Positions 1-11,760 of a DNA stretch of 64,000 bases are shown here, in pieces (positions within the stretch are counted from its first letter, which is position 1; each line of letters opens with the position of its first letter). Source of the stretch: Octopus vulgaris (taxonomy: Eukaryota). Below the pieces are notes generated by a model, which was not told the DNA's origin, did no database searches, and worked only from the letters and a program-made list of their open reading frames with translations. The DNA lies in the NCBI GenBank assembly GCA_951406725.2, contig OX597817.1, positions 137,392,001 through 137,456,000 of the forward strand, in the 5' to 3' direction. The translations under genes were made by a program, and so were the position numbers.

Positions 1-167
1 CTATGTCTTCATGGAGTGATCGTACGAGCTTCAATCACTTTTGGAGAGAAACAAAATAAAAATCGATTACAATTAATATAAATCATGAAACATGAACATT
101 CGATTTTAGTTCGTTTTTCTTGCGTGTCATATTTCTGATGGACCCCACATCAGACATGGCACTGGAA

Positions 168-660
<493 letters not shown>

Positions 661-1242
661 AGGTTGGGAGGTAGATAATATATATTTCAAACCCATTCAT
701 CTACAAATACATTTACTCTCAGCCCCCACCCTTTTGTAACTGTGCACCTCTCTAAATATATCGGTGATATTTCTCTCCCCTAAACACACACTGCTTAGAG
801 GAAATCTAATATCTGTTGACATATAATCTCACCGATAAAGTTTTATAAAGCTGTCTTTAGATTTAGGTTTGACTTGTCTCACCTCTAGACTATATCCTTC
901 GTCTTGATATACTTCTCAATCTAAATTGACTTCCTACTTCAAACCCACACACTCTTCTACTCAACAGCCATACAGCCAGTCGGTGGAGTCCATATGTTGT
1001 CAGATTATTATTCGGTGTCATTAAAGAGAGGCCATTGAGAAGACAGTTTTCTCTCAAATGTATTTATTTCATTCTTAAGACTCTCGGCCAGATTCGAACA
1101 TAAATTTGCTGGTTACTTTATTTCTCTGTCATCGGAGAACATCTCCACCTTTTAGACTCAACTTTTCCAGTACCAAGGACCCCCTTTATTTAAATGAGTT
1201 TACCCACGGACCCCTTTTAATTGACCGCTAAATCCATAAGTT

Positions 1243-1427
1243 TTTTTTATTCTCTCTCTGTTCCTTTTGTTCCTTTCTGTTTCCTCTTGTTTCCTCTTGT
1301 TCCTTTCTGTTGAAGAGCGTAGGCTCGAAACGTGAAAGACTTTCTCACCTTCCCGAGCGTCAAACTAATACACCTGCTTGTTGTTTATACACCTATAATC
1401 ATCTTTTGTTTTTCTGTAAATTTCAAC
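1243..1427 (+). mobile_element. Penelope-like element 3' end (pLTR fragment)
   Basis: Pyrimidine-rich leader, a hammerhead motif, then a tail of about 90 nt running into (TA)n. Homologous to 40772-40966 and, reversed, to 33312-33515 and 39168-39358. Confidence 0.7.
1303..1338 (+). ncRNA. Minimal hammerhead ribozyme motif (variant core, G at the cleavage position so probably inactive)
   Basis: CTTT-CTGTTGA-A-GAGC(GTAG)GCTC-GAAA-CGT-G-AAAG: stem I CTTT/AAAG, stem II GAGC/GCTC, palindromic ACGT in place of stem III. Confidence 0.6.
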
Positions 1428-1818
1428 TATATATATATATATGTATATGCATGCTTATCCTTTGGCATCTGGATTTCTATTAACATTCCCTTACGAGGAT
1501 ATATACATATCCTGATAAGGATAGAGAATATGAAGAAGCAACAGCCAGAAGTCCCTCTGTGCCAGTGGTTCCACAAAAGAATATAGCCCTCACTCCTGTG
1601 GACAACCAGAGCCATGCAAGTAAAGGAAGGAAAGACTATGAGCACAAACACACAGAAGGAAGGGGAGAGAAAAGAAAAGGAAAAGATGAAACAACTAAAA
1701 CTAAAACCCAAATCCCAAACCATCAAACAAAAAAAAAACGAAAAACAACTCAAATATGGAGGCTCCGAGAGAATCCGAAACTCTAGAGGAGAGAAAATTT
1801 GGAGTGAAGACAACGTCA

Positions 1819-1884
1819 TGCAAATTTTGCCTGCAAGGCAAATGTTGGCATGGGGAAGACGGTACAAACTGCCGGTTTGTTCAC
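1819..1884 (+). pseudogene. CCCH zinc finger in LINE ORF1 remnant
   Basis: Translates as CKFCLQGKCWHGEDGTNCRFVH (C-x7-C-x8-C-x3-H) in a frame not shown in the ORF track. Confidence 0.65.
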
Positions 1885-2079
1885 CCAAGAACCCACTAAA
1901 GCTGCAGGGGCCTTAAGGAGAAATATTTCCCTGAGGAAAGGCACCAATCGTCTCCAAAAAGAAAATATGCAAATGCAGTACCCTGGCTACATCAAGCGCA
2001 AACAAGGAACCTTGCCCACCATTGCGCAAGACCACCGCACGGGATGGCCACCCCTAACGCCTGCACAGTCGTCACGCCA

Positions 2080-2720
2080 ATATCTTTACTAAATATTGGG
2101 GGCAAAAGCAAACTTTCTTTCCTGAGAGATCTTGCTGCATACAGTCAAGCCTTATGCATAGCACTCAGGGAAACTCATCTGAGCCCTAATATAGAGGATG
2201 CAGAAGTATATGTACCAAAACATGCCATACTACGAACAGACAGAAAGGAAATGAGCCATGGTGGAGTTGCTGTATACATCCTTGGAGACCTCAGGTCCTA
2301 CAGTCATACTCAAATTCGGTATGTGACACTCTAATTGTATATATAAGACAACACAATATAGTCATATGCAATGTATATTGCCCACCGGATGCTCCAAAGC
2401 ACATAGGCAAGTTTGAAGATTGCCTCACAAGAATTGAAGAAATCCTCATGCAACTGGAACACCACGTGAACATATTTCTTATGGGTGATTTCAACTTCCC
2501 CAATGTCAAATGCTCTCAGGAATGATTCATTGCAAACAAGTACAGGTGGAGTCCCTGCTCAAACTCACCAATACCCTATTCATGGAGTAAGTTGTACTCA
2601 GACCAACTAGGGCGAATAGCATTCTGGATCTCTGCTTCACGAACAATACAGACATCGTTCATGGTGTAAAAGTGACGCCGACATTAGTTTCAGATCACAT
2701 GATAGAGCCTGTCTATGTAT
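2080..2720 (+). pseudogene. APE-type endonuclease domain of LINE ORF2 (frameshifted)
   Basis: LNIGG...IALRETHL...DRKEMSHGGVAVY in ORF 2044..2334; VYCPP and MGDFNFPNV near 2372-2508; ILDLCF and SDH motifs near 2620-2700. Confidence 0.88.
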
Positions 2721-3058
2721 GGGCCAAAAGTAGCCAGAGACAAAACAGCCTAAAATCTCTCCAATCTGAACTTCCATAAAGCAGACTGGAAATCGATCCA
2801 AAAAGAGATCCTCAGACAGGACTGGCCGAAATGTCTCTCCACACCAGACATTGGCATGAAACTAGACTATTTCATGTCTGCTTTGCAAACCATATGCCAG
2901 AAATATGTCCCAGAGCACAAGGCCAACACAAAAAGGAACAAGATTCCAAAGGAGAGGAAGATACTCATGAGACGACGGATGAAGGTTGCAAATCGCTTCA
3001 ACCAACACTCTAAAAGTATGTAAGGTCCTGCATAAAAACAACACTGCAACAATCCTAT

Positions 3059-4270
3059 ATGAGGGAGGGAGCAGACAAAGAAGCCTGGGTTATAAGAAAC
3101 ATTAAGTCAAACTCAAAGGCTTTCTTTCATTATGCCAAAGAAACAGCCTCAGTACGCTGCAAAATAGGACCCCTTTTCCAAAAGGATGGCTCCCTCACAG
3201 ATAACCCAACCATTATCAGTGAGGTACCGAACGACCGGTTCAAAAGCTTCTTTACCACCCCGGAACACAGACAAGTGAACGAACCAGTAGATTTCTTCGC
3301 CGCCTCACCTATAACCAGCGAGGCAGTTACGATGGATTACATCGACATTGGTGAAGTAAATATATTACTAGCCATAGATGAGGTGGACGCAAACCCATCT
3401 GCTGGCTCTGATGGTTTCCCAGCAATCATCCTCAAATCATGTAAGCGTGCGCTGGCGAATCCACTGCAAATTCTCTTCCAGACCTTTCTTGCAAATGGCA
3501 GGCTGCTAAGCATGCTGAAGGACAGAATATGTCCAATCTATAAAGGGGGAAGGAGAGCAGTAGCCAAAATCTATAGGCCTATCTCTCTGACTTCACACAT
3601 TAGCAAAGTCATGGAATGGTTAGTCAGAGGGAAACTAATCGCGTTCCTTGAAGAAAATAACTTGCTGAGTGATACCCAGCATGGTTTTCAACCAGGTAGG
3701 AGCTGCCTGACCCAGCTCTTACAACATTATGACTGGGCGTTGAGGCAGTTACCCAACAATTCAAATGTGGACGTAATCTACCTTGATTTTGCAAAAGCTT
3801 TTGACAAGTTGGATCATGGTATGATATGTCACAAACTGTGTGATCTCAGCATAGCTGGAAAACTCGGAGAGTGGTTACATGACTTTCTGAAAGATAAGAG
3901 TCAAGCAGTAGTGGCTAATGGAGCCACATCAAAGAAAACACAAATAGTGAGTGGGGTTCCTCAGGGCACTGTCTTGGAACCAATGCTTTTCATAGTGGCC
4001 CTTTCATATGCCCTCAGTTGCCCGGATAGCCACCCGTGCAAGCTACACAGACGATATGTAAGTATCGCAGAAAATTCAAAACCCTAACGGTGTTGTACAC
4101 CTGCAGCAGGAGTTGGACTCAATTCACAGATGGGCTGAGGACAATAATATGCAGTTTAATGCTGGAAAATCCCAAGCCCTGCTCTACCAGCGCCCAAAGC
4201 TGAGAGTAAATCTTACAGGGTACACTGGCCCACAAGAGATTACAATCCCAGAACCTAAATCAGACCTGGG
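3059..4270 (+). pseudogene. Reverse transcriptase domain of LINE ORF2 (frameshifted)
   Basis: YRPISLTSHISKVME, QHGFQPGRSCLTQLL, YLDFAKAFDK and SGVPQGTVL. After a frameshift come the catalytic YTDD (4044-4055) and LQQELDSIHRWAEDNNMQFNAGK. Confidence 0.95.
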
Positions 4271-4514
4271 TATATGCATATGAAATTTTGAATTTAGTTC
4301 ACGGAGCCCCAGTACTACTTTTGCGGACCACAGGTTGGGAACCACTGTTTTAGACGATGTGTGCTCATCACACAGAATTCATTGAGACTCTTCAGTCTTT
4401 CGATCTTAGCGTATCTCTTCGTTCAAAGCCATCCTCAATTCACGCTCGAATTTGTGAGAACGTATCGACGAATGAATGGTTACGTTATTGTTTTGGTTCC
4501 TCGCAACGGGCAAG

Positions 4515-4642
4515 GGTACGTCGCTTAGTGGTTGTGGTATTCGGCTCATGATCGTAGCGTTGTGAGTTCGTTGTATTCTTGAGCAAGACACTTTATTTCA
4601 TGTTGTTCCAATCCACTCAGCTGGCAAAAATGAATTGTACCT
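4515..4642 (+). mobile_element. tRNA-headed SINE, family D (5' part)
   Basis: A-box-like TCGCTTAGTGG and B-box-like GAGTTCG, then CTTGAGCAAGACACTT. Homologous to the reversed copy at 9000-9220. Confidence 0.65.
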
Positions 4643-4684
4643 TAAAAAAATTACTATTTTTAAAATCTCACAGCGTGAGATATT

Positions 4685-4865
4685 CAGCAACTATACTTTG
4701 GAGTAAAGATTGTTTGCCAACATAACATGGCAGTCCTGGTTTAGGACTAATGTTGCTGTAATTTAGCCCCAGGAAACATCGTCTCCAGCTGGCTATACGA
4801 CACAATTTGTGTCCTTATATCCTTATATTTTCGAACAAGGGAATCTAGCACCCCTTGTTCTGTCA
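4685..4865 (+). other. Multi-hairpin structured motif, copy 1 (identity unknown)
   Basis: Consecutive stems TGCCA/TGGCA, GTCCT/AGGAC, TAGCC/GGCTA with inner GGAAAC/GTCTCC, GACACA/TGTGTC and GAACAAGGG/CCCTTGTTC. Homologous to 41292-41447 (- strand). Confidence 0.7.
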
Positions 4866-5251
4866 AACGTAAATAATGTGAAAAAAATATATGGATGGAG
4901 ACAAGAAGAGAGATAGGTGTGGTGGGTGAACGTGGGAGGAAGGGATTCTGATGTGCAGATATGTCTGTGAATTACAGACTAAAATGTGAGTAAATCATTG
5001 GCGATCAGACTGAAGGACGGCAACAGCTGCAGCACCCAGCTCCAACCCAGATTAGCATCCTAATGGGAGAGGAAGATCCCGCTTGAGGTTTGTAGAAATT
5101 CAGCAGCAGCAGCGGGAGTTGAAGTCTTTTCTCACGTAGTGTTTGCTGTTATTAATACAAGAGCGTCAAGGGAGATAATCAGTGACAAGCCGTATGGCTT
5201 GCATGATACATCACTCTACCACCGGAATCCCAGGTTTATTGATTATTAAAT

Positions 5252-5437
5252 ATAGGCGCAGAAGAGATCAAGGAGCATACACGGCAATTATGCGATTTAA
5301 GTTCGAGCCCACTGCACGGCAGTTTGAGTATCTTCTGTCATAGCCGACAGTTGAACCCGAATGTTTTGGCAGTAGAATTTGGTCGACAGAAGTTCTGCGG
5401 AAGCTTGCTGTATGTGTGTGTGTGTGTGTGTGTGTGA
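5252..5437 (+). mobile_element. SINE family A, old degenerate 5' half
   Basis: Diverged match to the family A head (TAGGCGCAG...CCCACTGCACGGCA...ATTTGGTCGACAGAA), ending in (TG)n. Confidence 0.55.
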
Positions 5438-5830
5438 GTAGAAGATATAAAATCAGCAAACAAGACTGAAAACGTGTATCGAATCAGACATTTCCTGATC
5501 ACTATGATTGTCAAAGATTCTCACTCAATCAGTGATTGTTTGTTCCTTCAACGACGCTAGATGTCACCACTTGAGAAATAAAACAAACAAATAAATGAAA
5601 TGTATTTTCAACTGTTATATTTATAGTGTGACATCAATAAATAGAAAAAGAACAAAAAAACCTTGATCTCTTTTGTTATTTCTGTAATCGAATCTGTTTG
5701 CATCGTTGCTCAATGATAGCCTTTCTAATGTCTCGGGAAATTTTAACTCTGTTCACACTTCAACGAATTTAACATTGACGTCAGTCGATCTCAGACATCG
5801 TTGAATGCAGAACAGTATATCAAGTTATTA

Positions 5831-6212
5831 AGGTGGCGAGCTGGCAGAATCGTTCGCACACCGGGTAAAATTCTTAGCGGTATTTCGTCTGTCTTTATGT
5901 TCTGAGTTCAAATTCCGTCGAGGTCGACTTTGCCTTTCATCCTTTCGAGATCGATAAATTAAGTACCAGCTGCGAACTTGTGTCGATCTAATCGACTGGC
6001 CCTCTCCCCCAAAATTTCGGGCCTTGTGACTAGAGTAGAAAAGAACCGTTAGCATGCCGGACAAAATGCCGCTAAACATTTCGTCCGTATTTATATGCCT
6101 TAGTTCAAATTTCTCTGATTTCGAATTCGTCTTCCATTTTTTCGTGATCGATGAAATAAGTACCAATTGCGTACTGGGAGCGATTTTGGAGATTATAATC
6201 CCCCAAATTTAC
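5831..6212 (+). mobile_element. SINE family B, full copy plus adjacent degenerate copy
   Basis: GGCGAGCTGGCAGAATCGTT head, GAGTTCAAATTCC B-box, GCCTTTCATCCTTTCGRGRTCGATAAATTAAGTACCAG core (resembles the Meta-type SINE domain) and TAGAGTAGAAAAGAA tail. Confidence 0.88.
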
Positions 6213-6336
6213 AAAATAAATACAAAAAAAAAAGAAAGTATTTGGGTTTAGTCGTTGTCTGTGAAAATAGACACACACACACAAACACATGTGTGTGTGT
6301 GTAGATGGATAAACGAATATACGAGTATACTGCAAG

Positions 6337-6372
<36 letters not shown>

Positions 6373-6880
6373 TGCGTATACGTGTTTATGTGATTGTGTG
6401 TGCTTGAACAGAAGTACAGGTATGTAGGTATTTGCATGTCTGTATCTAAGATATTGTATCCACCTTTAGACGGTGGTAAAGAGAACATATATACAAAACC
6501 TTCGACGGAGTGACAGTTATATATACAACTTGAACAGAAACATATCAGTACATACACATACATTCACATATACATACATATATACATACGTACATACATA
6601 CATACATACATGCATACATACATACATACATACATACAAACATACATACATATCAAGAACTAACTATTACTCTCTTAGATGCAGCACCAAGTTTTGTCAG
6701 TGAACAGGTCGCGGTTCCAAAGCAACGAAAATACTGGAGTGAAATTAACGGTTATTTTGTGTTCTTGAATGGCTTACAAATATCTTCCACGCTACAATTA
6801 TTTTTGTTTCAGTACCCGATCTCAGATCAAGTCACTTGCTATGCAAGTACATCGTAATATATCTCGTAATATATATATAT

Positions 6881-6943
<63 letters not shown>

Positions 6944-6975
6944 ATATATATAGACAGACAGACAGACAGACAGAC

Positions 6976-7034
<59 letters not shown>

Positions 7035-8057
7035 AAGAAAGAAATATGTGCACTCTGAGTATGAGTATATGTGTGTGTCGGTGTGTGTGTGTATGTATAT
7101 ATATAGAGAGAGAGACTGAGAGAGAGAGAGAAAGAGAGAAACAAACAGACAGAACAGTAACAAAAGAGGTATGGCGTAAACGCTACCGATGTGAAAGCCA
7201 CAAAAGAGTATTGCCAAATTCTTCTACACACACATATACACACACACACACACGCACACACACACATACACACGCAAACATACACACACGTTCTACGTCT
7301 ATTTTGTATGTGAGCAATTTGTAGTTGGGTGGAGGGGAGGACAGAAAGAAAGATAAAAGAAGGAATCTGAATAGGAAGGTGGGTGGGGGTGAAAATAAAG
7401 AAAACGAGAAGCAAGAGAGATGTCTGAAAGCAAGCACGGTCATCTCCACGCAAACAGAGGCAGAGAGAGAGAGAGGGGGGCACAAACACATCGACAGACG
7501 CACACAAAGGCAGCCATTGCTTCCTTGTTCTGCCTTCTCTTCCTCTGCTTTCAGTTATTTGCCGATGATAACTGCGTGTCTGATGGAATTCGCTCGGCGA
7601 ACAGACAGTAATCGATACAGCGTTGTGTGTGGAGGAGAGAGCTTCGCTTTCGGATGACGTCAGATGTCCGACGACCCATTTTGTTGTTCGGTGGATCCAA
7701 GCGGCGGGGAAAGCTGTGAGACATGGCTGTCGTCTTGTCAAGCCGTATGACGCATCCACTCGCACACAACATAACGCTGTCCAATGATGAACGTTGTGTT
7801 TATGGCTCTGCTTGGATTGCATGATGTGGCAGTCTCGGTGGTAGTTTTGATTGATGCAGAAGCAAGTACTATCATCGATGTGGTTGTGGTATTGGTGGTA
7901 GGAGATTGCTGTAGTGTAGGTTACGAAGGCAGTTAATGAAAATAACGGTAGTAACAGAGATGGTATGGCTGTAGTATAGGTTGGTGGTGAAGGTCAGTGG
8001 GAGAGGTGTAGCGGTGCTGGTGGTGATATATGGCTGAGGTTGCTGTACCTAAAGTGT

Positions 8058-8058
8058 T

Positions 8059-8113
<55 letters not shown>

Positions 8114-8315
8114 ACGGTGTTGGTGGTGGTAATATTGTCATAGGTATGTTGTGGTTCACTGATGGTATTGTTTTCGTGGTGTGGAAATTGAGTCAGAAAA
8201 GTCAGTCACATTTCTTTAGAACATCGAAGTCTTCTTCCTTACACTTTCTTTAATCTTCATCTATCTATCTGTCTATCTATCTCTATCTCAGTCTGTCTGT
8301 CTGTCTGCTTAGCTC

Positions 8316-8393
<78 letters not shown>

Positions 8394-8436
8394 AAACTAT
8401 CTATCAAACTATCTATCTATATATCTATCTATCAAA

Positions 8437-8516
<80 letters not shown>

Positions 8517-8589
8517 GTCTGTCTGTCTGTCTCTGTCTGTCTAAGTCACTACCAGTCTATCCACCTAATAATCTCTCCTTTTTCTCTCT

Positions 8590-8632
<43 letters not shown>

Positions 8633-8640
8633 CTATCCAT
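8058..8640. repeat. (TAG)n, (CTAT)n, (CTGT)n and (CT)n microsatellites
   Basis: Directly visible. Confidence 0.95.
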
Positions 8641-8999
8641 CTTCCTCTTCTCTGTTTTTTCTTTCTCTCTGTATGCGTGTGTATGCGTATATACATCAGA
8701 TAATTTACTATCAGTTTGTCTGTCAGTCTACCAGCATGTGTGACTTAATATGCAAATACATATAAATCTAAAGTATTAAATGTTTGTATTGCGTTGGGAG
8801 ATGAGTTTCCTCTGTCGAACGAACTGGAAAAAGACTTGAGCGCACATGTATGTGTGCACGTGTGTGTAAGCGTGCACGCATGTGTGTGTTTGTGTATGAC
8901 TGCGTATGAGAAAATATTCGTCTGGTTAATCCTGCCCATTCCAGCAACAGTGTGGATAGATTGTTATTTGGCTTAGATATGAATATATCTGAGATGAAA

Positions 9000-9220
9000 G
9001 GTCCTTCGTGAGGCATAGGATCATAAGACCGGTTTAGCGGATTCTGCAGCTTATATATTCCCGACCACCAACCCTAGACGGCACGCCGGTCCGTCGCAGG
9101 ATTACTGGAGCAACGTAAAATTAAGTGTTTGGCTCAAGAACCCAACGCAACGCTCGGTCCACGAATAGAAACCACAATCTTGCGATCATGAGTGCAATAC
9201 CGTAACCACTTAGCCACGTG
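9000..9220 (-). mobile_element. tRNA-headed SINE, family D
   Basis: Minus strand: GTGGCTAAGTGGTT A-box, CTTGAGCCAAACACTT, then CCTGCGACGGACCGGCGTGCCGTCTAGGG, which resembles the V-SINE central domain. Confidence 0.7.
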
Positions 9221-9244
9221 ACAACGCACATGCATATTCTTATG

Positions 9245-9503
9245 TTCTTTTATTTGTTTCAGTCATTTGACTGCGGCCATGCTGGAGCACAGTCTTTAGT
9301 CGAATAAACCGATCCCAGGACTTATTCTTTGTAAGACTAGTACTTATTCTATTGGTTCTCTTTTGCCGAACCGCTAAGCTACAGGGACGTAAAAACACCA
9401 ACATCGGTTGTCAAGTGATGGTGGAGGGACAAACACAGACACAAATACATGCATGTATACATATATACATACATACATACACACACCCACACACACACAC
9501 ATA

Positions 9504-9546
<43 letters not shown>

Positions 9547-9697
9547 GATAGGCTTCTTTCAGTTTCCGTCTACCAAATCTATTCACATGGCTTTGGTCGG
9601 CCCGAGGCTATAGTAGAAGACACTTGTCCAAGGTACCACGCAGTGGGACTGAACCCAGAACCATGTGGTTTGGAAGCAAGCTTCTTACTACACAGCC
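9245..9697 (-). mobile_element. SINE family A, full length with internal (TA)n(TG)n
   Basis: Reverse complement of the family A consensus seen at 22303, 25357 and 47636. Confidence 0.92.
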
Positions 9698-9837
9698 TTT
9701 ATATGTGTGCCACTAGTTCCTCGCTCTGGCAGTAATCAAAATCTCTGACATTTTCCGAAAAACTCAATGGAAGCAGCAGGGGTAGCAGCAAAGGTGGTAG
9801 TGAGAGGATGGATAACAATGGCGGGGGTCTTTATTAT

Positions 9838-9958
9838 CATGATGATGAGGAGGAGGATGATGATGATAATGATGATAGCGGTAATTATGATAACGATGGT
9901 GGAAATGACGATGATGATGGTGACGATGATGACATGGAAATGAAGATGATAATGAGTA

Positions 9959-9990
<32 letters not shown>

Positions 9991-10085
9991 ATGATAATGA
10001 TGATGACGATGGTGGTGGTGGTGGTGATAGTGGTGTTAGTTACTAAGACGGTTCTGGTAGGGTTCCGTTCTGTGATGGTGGCTGA

Positions 10086-10131
<46 letters not shown>

Positions 10132-10150
10132 GGTGGTGGTGGTGTATGAC
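9838..10150. repeat. Mixed (GAT)/(GGT)/(GTT) trinucleotide tract
   Basis: Directly visible; explains the poly-D/M/V/G ORF 9808..10149. Confidence 0.9.
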
Positions 10151-10330
10151 GACGATGTTGGTTATAGCAACAATATGACGATGATTTTATTTGCGATCAT
10201 GGGGCCAGGGATGAGGAAATTGCTGAATAGAAGCGGGAAGAAGAGGAAAGACAAGTTAAGGAAAGAAAAACCAAAGCAGATAAATACATCCATTTCATCC
10301 CCCCTACACACACATATGCACACACACACA

Positions 10331-10371
<41 letters not shown>

Positions 10372-11258
10372 GCACACGTGTATATACATATACACACACT
10401 TTGTGATCTCTAGCCCCGAATCCCTTTCCCACAGACAGAAGCGTAGAGAAGGCTTCTGTAAGGCCAGAACGCATTATGACGACGACGACGATGACGATGA
10501 TAATAGTAATGATGATGATAATAATGATGATGATGATGATGATGACAAGACATCTTTTTAAAATGTGACTAAGACCAAACATAATAGAGCAAGGGAACGG
10601 AAGTAAAAGAATCTATCTAAAATGGCCGCGTTGCTAACATTAATCTACAGCTACGACGGCGACGGCGGCGGCGAAAATTAATGTAGCAATAACCTCGATG
10701 ACTCCAGCAACGGCGTAACAACAAGAAGTAATAACACAACAGAAACAGAAAACAACAACAACAATGATAACAAATACAACCCAAACAACCACCCCCCGCC
10801 ACCCCCGCCACAAGAACAACCGTGCAAACGATGACAAAGCGTCAGCAAATAAAACAAGTTTTTTTTTTAAATATGTCCAAACAACAACAACAGCAAAAAT
10901 ACGTATACTTTCTAACAGCAACAACATCAATAACAATATCAACAACTCGGAGAGATAAACAACAGAAAACATTGGGATAAAAAATCGGAATTACAACACA
11001 AAAGATACGCCGCCATCATCGTCTACAAAGATTACAGTTGTTAAAATACAGGGTCCTCTGCTTTTATTGACGGAGGACCGCTGAATAGCGCAACCAGTCA
11101 TTGAACGGTGACAAGAATATCATAAAGAGGGAGCTGTCTCTTGTGTCAGATCGCAGTGTCTGCTCTTCCGGTCTCTGTGGCTGAAGACGAGGCAACCATT
11201 CGTCAAATCCACTCCACAGTCTTGTTAGATTTCGCTATGTGCTGACTCGGTGTATTTA

Positions 11259-11456
11259 CAACAATCCCTCGACTATCGCGGGTGTTATGATCCACGCGAT
11301 AGATGAAAATCCGCGAAGTAAAAACAGTACTATGTATTTTTTTGAATATTATTTTTATAATTTGTATATATTTATTTTGTTATAAATGCAAAACAACACC
11401 ACGGAAGAATCGACGTAAGCTTAAATAATAAACCGCGATTTGACGAGGGATTACTG
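11259..11456. mobile_element. pogo/Tigger-like MITE (Tc1/mariner superfamily)
   Basis: Left end CAACAATCCCTCGACTATCGCGG; right end reverse complement CAGTAATCCCTCGTCAAATCGCGG. TA dinucleotide on both sides (11257-11258, 11457-11458); AT-rich, no ORF. Confidence 0.8.
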
Positions 11457-11519
11457 TACACCTATTTGTCTACAGCCAAACATTTTCTCCATAACAAAAT
11501 ACGATGAATATCTTCCTTG

Positions 11520-11680
11520 CGATCACATCAACCTCAGTGTTCAACTGGTACTTCTGCTATTGTTCGCGAAAGTATGAAAAGCAAAGGCGACCTCGGTGGA
11601 ATTTGAACTCAGAACGTAAAGACGGACGAAATACTGCTGAGTGTTTTGCTCGGTGTGCTAACGATTCTGCCAGCTCGCCG
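11520..11680 (-). mobile_element. SINE family B (degenerate)
   Basis: GGAATTTGAACTCAGAACGTAAAGACGGACGAAATAC...CTGCCAGCTCGCC is the reverse complement of the family B head. Confidence 0.85.
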
Positions 11681-11760
11681 ACTTACAGTTTTTTAAATAT
11701 CAACAGGAACAACAACAACTACAATAACAACCATAAAAGAAACAAAATATAACAACTCTA

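Larger units (their letters stand above)
1450..4275 (+). mobile_element. Decayed non-LTR retrotransposon (LINE), CR1 group
   Basis: ORF1 remnant, then AP-endonuclease fragments (IALRETHL, RTDRKEMSHGGVAVY, MGDFNFP, DH), then RT. Many frameshifts and stops; the 3' end is truncated. Confidence 0.93.
1158..4347. mobile_element. hAT (Charlie-like) MITE split by nested insertions
   Basis: The right end AGGTTGGGAACCACTG (4332-4347) is the reverse complement of a CAGTGGTTCCCAACCT hAT-type TIR. An identical 8-bp TTTTAGAC lies at 1150-1157 and 4348-4355, the usual hAT TSD length. The left TIR is reduced to TCAAC. GGACCCC-type subterminal motifs occur at 1176-1215 and 4302-4330. Confidence 0.7.

Noticed and set aside
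4685-4758. Cloverleaf read as a tRNA gene or an HDV-like ribozyme
   Set aside because: No TTC T-loop, an 8-nt central loop and wrong spacer lengths for a tRNA; no P3/L3 or P1 arrangement for HDV. Kept only as an unassigned structured motif.
6839-7822. 327-aa minus-strand ORF
   Set aside because: More than half runs through microsatellites, and the unique part has no recognisable domain.
10631-10689. 13-bp inverted repeat TTGCTAACATTAAT/ATTAATGTAGCAA
   Set aside because: Short AT-rich stem with a bulge and a loop of about 32 nt; plausible by chance and not miRNA-shaped.
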